A stretch of DNA of 64,000 nt from Eledone cirrhosa (GCA_964016885.1 OZ024743.1:186682001-186746000); one strand, 5' to 3'; shown: positions 45,860 to 60,300, counted from the stretch's first letter. Made by a program: numbers and translations. The notes: a model not told the origin generated them from the letters alone.

Positions 45860-46952
45860 ATGACTCCTTTCTAATGAGAAACTACAAGAGAAGTTCCTAG
45901 CTAAAAATAAGCTGTTCTATTTAGCTTTCGATGATCTAGAAAAGGACCTTTGCAGAGCACCTTGATTTATTATTTGGTGGTCCTTAAGGAAATTAGGTGT
46001 AGAAGAATGGCTTGTGAGAGCAGTGCAAGTCATGTACAGATGAGTTGTCAGTAAAGTGAGAGTAGAAAGTGAGTTTAGTGAGGAATTCAAGGTACAGGTA
46101 GGAGTTCATCAAGGTTCAGTTCTTAGTCAACAGCTGTTCATAATCATTCTCCAGGCCATAACAGAGGAGTTTAAAATTGGCTATCCATGGGAACATCACT
46201 ATACAGATGATCTATGTAGAAAAGGAGTAGGCATAAACTCCATGTGATGTACAGAATGTTAATCTTGGGTACACAAGAGATGTAGTGGGATAAGAGGTAG
46301 ACTAACAGGAAGGGAAGGCTTTGTATATAGAAGATGCACAGGAGTAATCGACGAGAAGAGCATCAGTGATATAAAACTTTTCCAGTCATAAGAAGCATTC
46401 ATAGAAGTGGTTGTTAAGTTCTGCTATCTAGGTGACTTAATTAGCAGTGGAGGAGGGTGCTCTGAGAGCATAATAGCTACAATAAGGATAGGATGGAGGA
46501 AGTTTAGAGAGCTAATCTCACTGTTGACTATAAAAAGCTTCTCTCTGCATACAAATGAACAACTGTATGACACGTGTGTGCAAACTGTGATGCTGCATGT
46601 TAGTGAAACATCGGGCAGTGATGCATGAGGACATACGTGGACTGGAGAGAAATAAAGCAACTATGTTTTGTTGGATGTGTAATGCAAGGGTGAAAGAAAG
46701 GCAGAGCTTGAATGTGATGAGAAAGAAACTGGGTTTAAGAGGAATCTGAAGTGGTGTGCAGGAGAAGACTGCACTGATACGGACATGTGGTGTGCATGGA
46801 TGATGATCGCTGGGCAGAAGTGATGAGAGCTGACCTCAAATCACTGAGATTCACAGAGAAGAAGATGATGATGGAAGGAGGTGAGTGGAGAGATGCTGTG
46901 CTGAGACTCATCCAACCCATGAAAGCATGGAAAAGAAAAACGATGATGATAA
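45860..46952 (+). mobile_element. Old degenerate RTE LINE (stops, frameshifts, deletions)
   Basis: RKLQEKFLAKNK, VGVHQGSVLS, YTDD, a PHD remnant, FCYLGDLISSGGGCSES; (GAT)n tail. Confidence 0.9.
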
Positions 46953-47984
46953 TGTAAACTGATTAGGAAAATACTGCCATTTGAATAAGTGATAATTGAA
47001 TAACTTCCCATATCCAGTAAACCACACTGAAGTGTAACTCTAGTGCAAAGTTTGGTACATTAATAACATTGAAGGCTTAAATAATAATGTGATTTGATAT
47101 TTTGATTTCAGAACAGCAATACATAAGAGGGTATTGTGTACAGAGTGTGATACTGGAAAATAATGGCATTACTGGTTAATATATCACAGATTTTTAAAGA
47201 CTAGTATTGAAACATGTTTAGAAACTGGTTGTCAATAGACATAATGAACACGATTATATACTATCATTGCCAAAATAGACATTTTTTCGCTAGTTTCATT
47301 GGATAAGTCTGAAATATATCCTACTTTATCATTTGTTATATTCCTGTTAACCTATTTCTTAAATTAGCTCTATCGACATTATCTAATTTATTATTGATAG
47401 AGATCTCTATAGATCTCTGACAAATTCTACCATATCATATTTTTGGTTATTTATATTATTTAAATATAACATTTAAGGTTTATCTCTAAGATATAAATTT
47501 TGGGGCGACTGATCCCAATCATGTTTTTAACATATTTAATATCATTAGAATCCTTAAAGACACATTAAACATCCATTAAATCATATGAAACATTATCTTT
47601 AGAATTTAACTGTTTCTCTGATATACAAATAACATGTGTAAAAAGTAGTATTAATATGGTTGAATGATTGGAAGTCTTAAATGGGTTCTTTTTACTTAAC
47701 AATAAGAGATAAATAAATATCTTTAGAAATTTAGTTTTATTTCAGTCACAGAAAATATCTAAGTAGAATCTTGTAAGTAGTATTTGATAATAGTGTTTTA
47801 AATATCGTTCATGCATTTAGTTGAGTGGAACAGATAAATCACGTATAAACTTTAAAATTCTGGATTAAAAAAATGTAATATATATCCATCATTACCAGAT
47901 CTTTCCTAATGTTTCTATGTGCAGAAATATACAGAAATCTCAGTCAAGCAGAATATTTAAATACCTTAATCAATGTGTGCATAT

Positions 47985-48312
47985 ATATATATATATATAT
48001 ATCGTTATATATACATACATGTACATATCTACATATGTATATGTACATTATATAAATATATATACATTCATATATAAATATATGCATACATATATATATA
48101 TGCACACACACACATACACACACTTATATATACACAAATACATATATATATATATATGTATTGTATACATATATATATATGTATTGTATGTGTGTGTATG
48201 TGTGTGTGTGCATATATATATATGTATGCATATATTTATATATGAATGTATATATATATATTTATATAATGTACATATACATATGTAGATATGTACATGT
48301 ATGTATATATAA

Positions 48313-48335
<23 letters not shown>
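47985..48335. repeat. Long fold-back palindrome in compound microsatellite
   Basis: ~47999-48123 is the near-perfect reverse complement of ~48190-48318. Confidence 0.85.
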
Positions 48336-48392
<57 letters not shown>

Positions 48393-49159
48393 TCTCCACT
48401 AAGGTAACCCTTCTACCTTTGTTTTGTTTTCATTTTCATTTTCACTTTTCTCCTATTTCTCACTCACTTCTTACCTCGAGATTTCCCATCTGCATTGTTG
48501 TGGCTTTCTAAACTACATATTTTATATATATATATGTTCATATATATATATACATACATTATATATATGTGAGTGAGAGAGTCCCAGCATAAAAAAAATC
48601 AAATCAATGATTGAAGCAATAATACCTTGCAGTTCAATCTCACTAATGTTCTTTTACTCCATCATCAGTGTGCCGTTCATCTCTCACAACATTGATAAAG
48701 CAAGCACCAGAAACAGAAATAGGTTTGTTATAATTAATTTAATAATAAAATACATTTTGAAGATAGTGCCCCAGCATGGCCACAATCCAATGAAACAAAC
48801 CAACGAAATATAAAAAAAACAAGAGGAAAAGATTAATAAACACCTCGGTTTACCAATTAAAAACATAAGTTGTGCTTTAACTTTAATCACAGAATTTTTA
48901 GCACACTATTTGTAGATACAACCGCAATTCAAATGAGCATCTACATGACCACTAGATCTGCTGGAAATGACAGCTAAATCACCCTGAAATTACACATCCT
49001 ACCATCATAAAAATGGAATAATTTTGAATAAGATACACTGTGGCAGAAAAAAAGCAGAGGATGTTCATGATTGGAATACCTTTGATTGTAGTCTGATCAA
49101 TATCTGATTGTGGGATTAAACAACAATAACAATAGCAATCACAGATGGAAATCACTCTG

Positions 49160-49355
49160 CTGACTCTAATGTGGTAGTGCTGGTGCCACAACAAAAATCA
49201 GCAAGTCTATACTGTAACATGGCAGGCATTAGGAAGGGCAACCAGTGTCAAAAATGGAGTATATGAGGAAGATGTAGTCACATGCCCATTTAGCCTCATG
49301 CAAGCATGGAAAACAGATGTTAAATGGTAATGATGAGGATGATGATGATGATGTT
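49160..49355 (+). mobile_element. RTE 3'-UTR-derived element
   Basis: 'ggcattaggaagggca...gcaagcatggaaaacagatgttaaatg' with (GAT)n tail. Confidence 0.7.
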
Positions 49356-49959
49356 GAGCTAATAACAAAAAATAGAAACTCTGAAAATATATTATGAATG
49401 TATTTATTTGTGTGATTGTGGAGACAAATGGCCGACAAATTATGTTAAAGAAGTTTCAGCTTGAAAGAAATTAGTGTAGACACTGAGTCTGATGAAAGTA
49501 TAATAATTGAGACTTAACAGTGCTAACTGGTTTCCATCCTAAAGCAAGCAGGTGGAGACCATGAATCATTCATTGCTGATCTTATTTCCCATTCTTGAAT
49601 TTATTTGCTATGTTAGTTTGTCAGTAGACCACATTATCTAGCACAGCACGACTATCATCATCATCAGACAATATACATATATTCATGTATAATGGCTAAC
49701 TAGAAACTGCATGTGCTTGCTTCTCTCTCTTCTTGATCTCTATTCTCCTTTTTTTCTTTTATCTGTCATCTTTTTCCTTTTCTTTTCCAAATATCTTCTC
49801 TTTATTTTGTAAATAATGTCACGAGGAAGGATTAGTATCTGAAACTGAGAATTTTTTCTAAATTGTTATAAACATCCTCTATTATACCATTGTTGTATTG
49901 TCTTGTTCTTTGTTTTTTTTTGTGTTTTTGACTTATAGACACACTCACACATACATGTA

Positions 49960-50412
49960 CTGGGGTGCTCAGTTCTTTGAAGACACATCTTTTAATATTT
50001 TTATCTTTGTTATGATTTGTTCTGATTATGAAAAGGCATGCTACAATTGTTGCCTTCAAGGCAGATCACAATGATTTAGAGATTGCTCACTTCCTGAAAG
50101 TTGTACGGTGATTGAGCTAGAAGCCACTGAAGGGGATTCAACAGCAGTAGCCAAACACACTTGCTAAGGGTCCTAATACCACCAGAACATCCAAATTTGT
50201 GTGAAAGGTGCAGAAAATTATTAATGAGAACTCCAGAAAGTCAATTAGCACCATTGCCAAGGAGCTCAAGGTTAGAAGGCACATTATTGGAAGAATTGTG
50301 CATGAGGATCTTCGATACAAGTCATATCTGATGCAAATAGGCTAATTCATATCTGCAAAGACAAAAGATAGCTGTCTGAACCATACAAAGTGCTTCTTAA
50401 GCAAGTTGACAG
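49960..50412 (+). mobile_element. Tc1/mariner-superfamily transposon 5' fragment (HTH region, inactivated)
   Basis: TA|CTGGGGTG start; MKRHATIVAFKADHNDLEIAHFLKV...RTSKFV*KVQKIINENSRKSISTIAKELKV...HEDLRYKSY. Confidence 0.75.
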
Positions 50413-50489
50413 CAAAAGCTTGGAATGTATTCTTAACATAGCTCTCAGGGAAGTTCCCCATGATAAAACAGACCCTTTGTATTGCAGAT

Positions 50490-50632
50490 ACAACTCATTT
50501 TTGCCAGCTTATAGAATTAGAGTAATATGAAATAAAGTAGCTTGCTGAAGGACACAACGTGCCATTGGAAATTGAACTCATGAGCTTATGATTCTGACCC
50601 AAACATCCTAACCACTAAGCCATTTGCCTTCC
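50490..50632 (-). mobile_element. CORE-like SINE 5' part
   Basis: Reverse-complement similarity to 25627-25770. Confidence 0.7.
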
Positions 50633-51449
50633 CTCACATACACACATCTACACAGCCACATATACACATATGTACATATATATATACACATATCCATAAA
50701 CACACACATATATCCACAGAGTGTGTGTGTGTATGTGTGTGCACATACATCCATATACATACACATACAAGTAAACAAACTAAATAAATGCTTGGTAACA
50801 GTTTCTCTAGTTGTGTTTGTCAAAATATACTGAAGACATACTTTCAGCTAAAGGTTAGCTCCTGAGTAGTATTAAAAGAAAAACATTTTTGTTCACAGAG
50901 AAACAGTATTGAAAATTAGTGTTCTTTCAGTGAACCATTGTGAAGTTTGTGAACTTAACAATGTACAAAGTTGTGTTGAAGAAGTTTCAGTAGGTAAGGT
51001 TTTAATACTTACATCTTTGTATACAAATCTTAATTGGACTCTGATTCACAGCTTGAAGCTGCATGGTCCATAAAATGTTACAATGAACAGAGTCTAAGTA
51101 TTCACATATTTCAATAGATCATCACAAGCAATGGGGAAAATATATATACATGTCTATCAAAGTGTGGACAATATGTGAGGGTGTGTGTGGGGAAATAGAT
51201 AATAATGAAAGAGTACATTGGTGAAGATAGATATAGAAGTCAAATTAAAATTGAATTTGTTTGCAAAGATAAAAGATTGAAAAGATAAGTATGTGAGTGA
51301 GTATTTGAGGAAAGAATTTTATAAAAGAAGGTTTAGTGTTGGGTTGATTTAAAAATGATTTATGTTAAGAAATGTGAGAATAGTGAATTAAATGTGATGA
51401 TGATATAGTAATTTAGTAACTTATATCATAGCCTATTTTATATATGTGT

Positions 51450-51612
51450 GGTGAATTCTATATTGGCAGAGTTATTAGAACAGCAGCTAGTATGCATGGC
51501 TATGTTTGTTCCAGCTCTGTGCACACTAAATTCAAATACTGCTAAGGTCAATTTTGCTTTTCATTCTTTTGGAATTGATAAATACAGTACCATTTAGGTA
51601 CTGAAGTAGATT
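51450..51612 (+). mobile_element. Degenerate Nin/Deu-domain SINE
   Basis: 'aattcaaatactgctaaggtcaattttgcttttcattcttttggaattgataaa'. Confidence 0.6.
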
Positions 51613-52164
51613 CTTCTCTCTCTCTCTCTCTCTCTAATATATATATAATAGATTCAGCTATGCTGCACTGTTTGAAGGGTTGTGGGAAACCACTCATAGT
51701 CTCTCTTTCTCTCCAGAAATGTTTAAGGGTTGAATGTGGGGCTAGCAATCTTTCTTCATAGAAAAACTGTTATGAAAAACTGTTAACACAAAATAAAAGA
51801 AAAATAAATGTCACTTAGTTTTTTTTTAGATATTTAGATACTTAAATTATAATTCAATATATGAAAAAATTTATTTGTAATTTCACTAATTATAATTATT
51901 ATTTCCCTTGTACTTTTCTTTGTTCCCTAGATATTCCTCTTTATAATCGAACCAACTCCAATAGCATCAGCTTCAAAATCAAACATACTTGTATGTCTTA
52001 ATGTCTTATCTGGAGATTTTAGAGGAGCAACACTACAACTTCGAGAGTATCTTATAGAAAGTATGTTCTATTCCATGACAGAATTTGATTCTTTGCTGGC
52101 TTGTGGTAGATGCTGTACTATTTGTTGATATAGAGCTAATATTTTAAAGTAATTGAGGTAATTG

Positions 52165-52375
52165 CTAGTGACTATTTTTAGCACAATTTCAGTTCTTGCC
52201 CTTTACCCCCTGCTCTCCGGATTACATCCCTACTTATTGCTATCAGAGCAGAGTTGGCTGCCTGCAGGTGGTGTGAGCCCAGCAATGTGGAATGACTGTT
52301 GTAGTGTGTCTCCCTTACTGTCCTGTATGACAATGTCTTTTCCATCCTGTCAACTGAGACCATGAGGTGAATCAA
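52165..52375 (+). pseudogene. Second CRE-like retrotransposon 3' fragment
   Basis: ITSLLIAIRAELAACRWCEPSNVE*LL*CVSL; shares 'tgctatcagagcagagttggct' with the reverse strand of 2959-2980. Confidence 0.65.
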
Positions 52376-53789
52376 TTAAGATATAGATTCAGTTTTCTGC
52401 GAGTCTGAGTTTACCTCTTACACCTAAGTGCATGCTGACAACACAGCTATTAACTTACTACCTTTTATAGACACTTTACAGTTTATAAATAAATTTCTAT
52501 CATTCCTATTTGATTTTCCTATACTTTCAAGTATCTAAAATTTGTTATCATCTTTCTGGTTTTTTTTGTCACAAATCAGAAAAAATTCTTAAGAGCTAAG
52601 CTCTGGTTCTATCATAAATGAAATATAAATTTCCTTCTATATAGGACATCAGTCTATCACAGGTATCATTTTCATATAGTGCTTGTTTCAAACTACAAGC
52701 TGAAGTGAAATCTATAGAAAAATGTGTGTCAACCAATTACAGATGTATATGTATTGACTGATTAGAACAAAAATAATGAGCTTAATGTCATGACAGTCAA
52801 TTACCATACTTGTCCATTTGATTTATTACTTGCAGTATAGCAAAGGCAATGATCCTCTCTGTTTTCTACAATATTATTCAAAGATTATTCTTACAGATGT
52901 AACATATCATAATTGTGCATTTTAATTACATACTAACTCTGGCAACTGATCCTTGAAATGGATTTTGTAGTATAAAAGAGAATAGTGCAGTCAGATATAT
53001 TCCTTTATTTCTGGACACTCTATCCACATTACTACAATTTCTTTCTCCCTCCTTTTCTTTCCCAGCTTCTGCCAACAATCAGTTATTCATCCGGAAGGTT
53101 ATTAAGTTAGGTAGATGCTTCAATTTGATTTGTTCCTCATTTGCATCACATCAATCAACAATTGCTTCATAAAGAGAGCAGATATATCAATAAGCAAGAT
53201 AACTGAATGAATGTTAACCACAGGCAGAGAAATGCTAAATAAATTAATAAAAGCTGAATGGAGAGAATCCATTGCTTCAATGAAGATAATTTACAAAATG
53301 TGATAAACAGTATGAATACAAGCAAGTCAAAAGAGCTCTCCTTTATATGAATTCTATTGAATAAATAGTATGATTAGTGGAAGAGGTTAAAGATAAACGA
53401 GAAGAGTAAAAGCTGGTGCAAAATTTACATTGTCACATTAAGATTATTCTAATCTCTTTAAGATATGATAGTAGAAAACAAAGCCATATGGAACTAAATT
53501 TTAGATAGAATTTCTATTCATAATTTTAAAATATTGTTTCTCTGTGATCAAGGTCTGCCCATTCAGCTTTACATGATGGCAATGTTCTGGTAAAGACCAA
53601 GGTAAATTATAAGTCTGATTAAGTTTTCACATGCACACAAAATAGAGATAAAAATATCATGTGTATTGAATAATTCTGAACATAAATGTGTTAGAGGGAA
53701 TAATTTGTCTAAGTGTATATAACAATCTCTCTCACTCACTCTTTCTGTATGATTTTCTCTCTGTATCTCTCTTTCTGTCTTTATCAAAT

Positions 53790-54370
53790 ATAATTTGTCA
53801 CTCTTATGCGGATGATACCACCCTTCAGTCCTCATTAACCTTTGATACATAAGCACCATCAACATGCAACCTGTACATTTCCCACTAGATAGACGTTATT
53901 TCTATAAACAGACATTAAGAACATTAAGAAACAGCCAGCAATGAGGACATGGCAATCTCACCTCATTCAACAGTACTATAACACTCACTCTCTATACTTA
54001 TCAAATAAACACACTTATAAAACTATACTTTGTCTGCTCACTTAAAACCTTCAAATTATATTAAAATATTTGTTGACATTTTATTTTTATGGCAATTTAC
54101 ACATCTTATAACATTGTCAAGATTCTATTCCAAATGCTAAATTTATTCTTATTTAAGATTATAAAATACTTCAGCTCTGTACAGTCCCTGACTCTACAAG
54201 ACAAAAGTACATCTCACATTAGAATAGTGGTCATACATCTGAAACATTACAGCTGCTGCATATATAATCATTCTATACACCATCTGATTGATAACAAATT
54301 TGCATTCACCATCACATAAAACTGCTAAATTATCAATATGGGAGTCTGCACACTGTTTTCTCTACAAATA
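53790..54370 (+). pseudogene. Highly decayed CR1/Jockey-like LINE RT fragment
   Basis: CHSYADDTTL at ~53796 and LTLQDKSTSH / YKTKVHLTLE*WSYI* resembling LYKAQxRPxLEYCSxIW. Confidence 0.55.
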
Positions 54371-54609
54371 TCAAAATTGTTTCTGTTTTGTCAAATCAAC
54401 AGTTTTTTCTAATTCTCATTTCCATTACACTTATGAGTAGGCTGGGTGAATTATATATATATATATGAAGGAGCTCAGCCATTGGGGTCCCGACTCCTTC
54501 ATATTACCACACTCTTCTACCTCAAGTATCAAGTACTCTGGTGAGTAATGGTCTAATAGGGTTTTACTGCATATATTCTGATTTATATATATATACACTT
54601 ATAACAATA

Positions 54610-54785
54610 TGTAGCCAGCTTAGAATAGGTACACCATATCCCCACATGTCATAAGAATTGACTAAAAGTGTTGGTCACATGAAGGGCATCTGGCTGTAAA
54701 TCATTGCCTTAAAAAATCTCAGACGACCCATATAAGCTTAGAAAAGTTAACATAAAAGTAATGATAATGATGAAGATGATGATAT
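54610..54785 (+). mobile_element. RTE-tail SINE-like element
   Basis: 'gaagggcatctggctgtaaa' with GAT tail; 5' part matches 12385-12480. Confidence 0.6.
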
Positions 54786-55894
54786 GTTAAATGACATGTT
54801 GCACTAAATATACTATATCTTATTGATATGTAAAAGTTAATGTAATCATAGTTCTTGTGATATTTGTTCAGTGAAATATTGAGATACACTGGAAACAACA
54901 TAATCTATATGTATTGATATATCAGTATGAAGGTTCTTACAAATATATATTTTAATATTTGTACATATTAAACAATGCTATTTCCAGTATATTTAAATAT
55001 ATAGTTATACACACAGAGTACATGCATAATGTATATAGTTATTTCCCTGTACTTCCCACTAATGTGCATTTATTTGTAAACAAATTCTCTTTTCTGTGTA
55101 CTCTGCCATTAATTTCTTTTATGAATGTATATCTACTACCAATTTATAATTCAAGAATTTGCTTCTATGCTCAATATTACCTCAGAAACATTAAGATCAC
55201 AGTCTTGTCACATTCTTATGCTTCATGTACATATAAAATAAGAATGTTCTTTTGCCATTTTAGTGTACCCCAGGAGAGTTTATACAATTGCAAAGGAAAA
55301 AAAACGACATAAAAATAAACAGGAAAAAAATACCCAAAACAATATGAAACAAATACTTTTATAGCCTTATAATCTAGTTCTGATTTGTAAACATTCTATT
55401 CTCTATAGCATTCTTCGATATCCCACAGTTAAAAAAATACATAATTTATAAAGTTCAGTTCAAAACATACTCTTGTGCATACATATACAAACACAAACTA
55501 CATGTTTAATAGTGTTTTGATCAGAAATTATAGCACAAGAAGACTTTAGGGTTCTATTTGGATTCAGGTTTTCAATCAGAGATGAGGAAAAGAATCAGAA
55601 ATATTTGCAATAGAGGTCCATTCTAGTCTCTCTTCTACTCTCGTGTTTGTGCATAAGTATATACATTCACACTATCACCACACATATCATCTTCCTGCTT
55701 AGTGTCTTAATGCTCATTTGTCTATGCTGCTACAAATTGGATAGATTAATTTTACATATTGCTTAATCTTTTATAACTCCCTCGGTTAGGCCTATCATCA
55801 TGATATCTAACCTCACCATTTCTCCTCATGTATTTCTCAGTACACAGCACACATAGATGTTTATAACAGAGAGAAACTCTGTTATAAACCCTAA

Positions 55895-56027
55895 CCCTTT
55901 TGTTACAATATTTCTAATGAAATACATAACCTATATGTTTAAAAGATTTTTGAAAATAATAAAAAACTAACATTTTCATTAGCAATGCTATTTAAAACAT
56001 CATTTAACAAAAAACTCTTTAAAAGGG
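55895..56027 (+). mobile_element. piggyBac-like MITE (family A), short copy
   Basis: CTAA|CCCTTTT...AAAAGGG|TTAT; left end matches 170-205. Confidence 0.55.
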
Positions 56028-56039
56028 TTATGATGGAAT

Positions 56040-56262
56040 CTATGTCTATTGTAAAGATTACAAAAAGAAAGCTTTACAATTACTGGTAATGACACTCTAA
56101 CCTGACACGCTAACCTTTTTTTAAACTCATTGAATATCTATTGTAGATTCCCAAAGAAAGCTTTACAATGGCATTCTAACCTGAAACTCTAACCTTTCTA
56201 CCAACTCATTGAACACCTATTGTATAGATTATAAAAGAAAGTTTTATAATTACTGGCAAGGA
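56040..56262. repeat. ~85-bp tandem repeat, ~2.5 copies
   Basis: 'ctattgta.agatt...aaagaaagctttacaat...ctaacctga...ctaacc...actcattgaa' repeated. Confidence 0.75.
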
Positions 56263-56737
56263 GTGGCATCTCACATGATACTGAAAAGGACCCATCCACC
56301 TATGCAACCATGCCAAAATAGTGAAAATGGTGATGAAGGTTAGGATGTACATCTACATTTGGGTTTCTTGTCCATTTTATAATATTCCTGTTAACTTTTC
56401 ATCTACTGTTCTCTTTGATATTTTTTCAACTATCACCCTTCTTCTCTCTTATTCACCCTACTGCATCACTAGTATAACGAAAACTGACATTATATAAACT
56501 CAAACTGAATTGCCCCAGCCTTTAATAATTGCCTCAAGGATTTTGTTTCCATTCCTCAACTAAGAAGAAAAATTTCAATTAATAGCATATATCACCTAGA
56601 ATATCTAAAGAATATCATTTAACCTGTTTATTATTATGATGCCTGTGTAAAGAGAGATGATGAACCATCATTCTTTCTCCTCCATTACCCTTCATTAAAC
56701 CTATGATTCTCTTTTACCAATGCATATCTCTAATGCA

Positions 56738-57000
56738 GAGGCAGCAAAATGGCTGAGGCATTATAACATCGGATAGAATGTTTTGCAAGATCTATTCAGA
56801 TTTTCTGCTCTTTGAGTTCAAATTCTGTCAAAATCAACTTTGCCTTTCATTCTTTCGAGTTTGATAAAAGTACCAGTCTAGTACTGGAGGAAATTCTTCC
56901 ACTATATCTTTTTCTTATTTCTTCTCTCTACTTTTCTCTTAGAAATTGACTGTATTCAGGCCTGAAGAGGGATAGGTTCTGCCATCAAGATCTGTGAAAT
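56738..57000 (+). mobile_element. Nin/Deu-domain SINE, long-tail variant
   Basis: Collinear with the reverse complement of 680-955, including the CT-rich segment and 'tcaggcctg'. Confidence 0.75.
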
Positions 57001-57234
57001 CTTGCATGTATTAATTCCATCTCTTCTTATTAATAATTTCCTTATTTCTTTCCATGGAGCTCAAAATGTAACTGTCTATCACTGTCTCTCTTCCATTTAT
57101 CTCTTCCCTACCACCATTTGATGTGTCCTACTCATCACATTCCCACTCAATCTTTCTTCTATTCACCTTCTTAGTCATATCTGCCTCGAACAACAAAGAT
57201 AACTTGGAGAGAAAATTCTTCAGATTTGCATAGG

Positions 57235-57456
57235 ACAAGGCAACCTTTCTGTTGCTGGTGTCATGATAAAAAGCACCAAGTACACTCTGTAAAGGGGTCA
57301 ATGTTAGAAAGGACATTCAGCTGCAGAGACAATGCTAAATGAAATGTACAAGCAAGACATGATTCATTGACTTGTCTATGAGGGCTGTGACTCCAAGGAG
57401 GTGCTGAAACCAGGCCAGCATGTAAAACAGATGCATGATAATGATGATGATGATGG
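57235..57456 (+). mobile_element. RTE 3'-UTR-derived element
   Basis: 'aaaaagcacc..tacactctgtaaag...ttagaaaggacattcagctg' with (GAT)n tail. Confidence 0.7.
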
Positions 57457-58297
57457 CGAACCATATGCGAGTCAGCTGAAAAGTCCATAGGCTGATTATG
57501 AAGGAGTGATACTAGATCTGGGAAATCTTGCATGTATTAATTCCATCTTTTCTTATTAATAATTGCCTTGTTTCTTTCCAGGGACTATGTTGAAAAATAA
57601 ACCTCATTTGTTCATTCCATGTCAGTATCTTGGTCGGTCTATGGACATTTCAAATGATTGTCATAGATAAAAGCAATGAAAACTTAATATTGATTTCTAT
57701 TGACATGACTAAATAAAATATTGATGCTGGGTGCAGAACTAATTAGAATTTTAATTATTGGTACTAATTTCATTAACTCTAGATGATTGAAAGTTAAAGG
57801 TGATAACCTCAAGAAAATTTGAATACAAATATTTGAGACATTAGGATTGTAAAACACCAAATTTGATCCTTCCACCATTTGCAATAATTCTTCTGCTCTC
57901 ATAAACATATAATACTTTCTTATGCTTAGAATCAAACTTTGTCAGTGACTATATATTTACTTAAATCTATTCTACAACATCACCAGTATTTTATGAATTC
58001 AAGAGACATAAAAAGCAAAGTTAAGTTTGAAAGAAAAAGGAACTATTAAGAGAAAATTAAATACTTTAAGTTCTTAAATCTGGAATCCTATTGCTTTAGC
58101 CATTTCCAGCTCTGTCTCTGTTATCCTTCACAAATCATACAATGTTGATTTTCCTTTTGATTAGTCACAAGGCCAGTTTTTATAGAAATGTGAATGAATT
58201 GATCTGATTGAACTCAAAACAGAGAAAAACAAGTTAAAATCTGCTAACAGTTTTTGTCAACTTGCTCCTGAAGCTGGTTTCTTTCGACTAAGAACAA

Positions 58298-58540
58298 AGG
58301 TAATGGCAAATTTGCAGAGTTGTTAGGGCATCAGATTAAAAATACCTTGGTATTTGTTTTGGCTCACTGTTCTCTAAGTTCAAATCCGACCGAGGTAAAC
58401 TTTGTCTTTCATCCTTTCGAGGTCGATAAAGAAAGTATCAGTTTGATTCTTTCTTTCTTTCTCTTACCCCTCGTTCTCTGGACGAGATTGTCTGTTCCAA
58501 TCTGGAGAAGGATGAGTTTGGCTAGGTCTAAAATATGCAA
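58298..58540 (+). mobile_element. Nin/Deu-domain SINE, long-tail variant
   Basis: 'gttcaaatccgaccgaggtaaactttgtctttcatcctttcgaggtcgataaa'. Confidence 0.75.
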
Positions 58541-60071
58541 GACATGCTGTGTGTCAGTACATTCCATTAAGAGTTAAGGCCCTTTACTTACTGAGAACAA
58601 ATGTTCTATATTTTAAGAGAAAATATATGATAATGGTGAAGCCTTTTCTAAGTATATTATTGATAAAGGGAAAATAATTCTTCAAATAACAGCAAAATCA
58701 GAGTCTTGGCACTCACTATAAACCAAAAATATTAAAAGACAGCTTTGAGTATCCTGTTTTTATGAAATCAGCATATAAAATCTGTGTTCCCTATTTGGAA
58801 CAGACAATCAGATAATGAGAACAAGTCTTCAGACTGGTGTTTGTAATGAAGGATTATAATAATCAAGATAATTATCATACTGAGAATAACTGTATATCTT
58901 GCCTCTGATGGTATTAATGTAGGTGATGATAAAAATAAATGACTACGACACTACAAGCCAGGTCATATGCAGTAATGATTGGGAGAAGGAAAAATGTATA
59001 AACAATCATTTTAAAATATGCGCAAAGTAATCTCTCTCCATCTCTCTCTCTCTATATATATATATACACACCCACACACACACATATATGTGTATATGCA
59101 TGTATATAAATGTATATATACACACACACACATATATATATATACACATACATACACACACACGCACACACATATATATATATATAAATAAAGAAGAAAT
59201 AAATAACAAATCAAGCATTTTGTTGTAGCAAAATTTTCAGTTTGGTATATCAATCAACTAAAAACATATTGATATCTAAAACATTTTTTTTTTCAAGTTT
59301 TTGTATTATCCTTATCATTCCCTCAAGCAACACAGAGGATATTTCTACATTCAATCTACAATGATAAATGATAAAATAAACTACATAGTATTTATTTACA
59401 GATATTTTATATTACTTCTTATAATTTCTTTTGTTTCTTTCATTTGATATGTTTCAAAACAAAAATTATCAAAGTAGTAATCAATTTATGAATTTTGACA
59501 TAGCAATTTTTAAAATTGTTTCAGGGGATTAACTATTAAAAACATATGTAAGAAATGTATGTTAAAATCAACAAAAATTCCAATCCATTGTGAATCCAAT
59601 TTGTTTGTGCAGAATTCCATAGATTACAATCAGAAAAAAAAAAAAAAAAAATGCATAGTAAGATGTAAAAATGTTTCATGTGCACACAGAATTATTTTTA
59701 CATAGAACTATCAACAATAGTTGAACAAATCATATCAAAATATTAAAAAAAAAAAAACCTCACTTGAGCTTTTTGCCTATTTTGGACATATTTACAATGA
59801 AATCTTAAATAATTATTTTAGTAACATTTAATAGGAAATATTCTTTAATTAAACAACCAATTAATCATTTTTCATGCTTGGATTTTTCAATATATATTAA
59901 ATGTAAATGTGAACAATAAAGATAGAAAAAATATAATGGGAAAGAAGAAATGAATACAGAATTTATAAAGGAGGGGTAATAGTATAATTTTTCATTTATA
60001 CTATAAACCCTACTTTATTTTTCACTTGAATATGACAGATTTATAAGATTATATGTTAATAAAAAGTGCAC

Positions 60072-60300
60072 AGTACTCTGCTCTCTGAGTTCAAATTCCA
60101 CCGAGGACAATTTTGCCTTTCATCAATTCAAGGTTGATAACAAGTAGCAGTCAAATACTGGGGTTGATTATTTCTCAATATAGCTTTCCCACTTCCATTC
60201 TCTCACTCTCTATCCTTCTCTAGAAGAAATATGTTGTATTCAAACCTGGAGAGGAGACAGGCTCCACCAGATATTTTTAAAATGCCCTAGAAATGCCATA
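60072..60300 (+). mobile_element. Nin/Deu-domain SINE, long-tail variant
   Basis: 'ctgagttcaaattccaccgagg...gcctttcatc...gttgataa', then 'cctggagaggagacaggctccacca'. Confidence 0.7.

Noticed and set aside
47917-48391. YI/CV/HT-repeat ORFs (also near 13.9-14.4, 39.6-40.1, 50.6 and 59.0 kb)
   Set aside because: Translations of (TA)n/(CA)n microsatellites.
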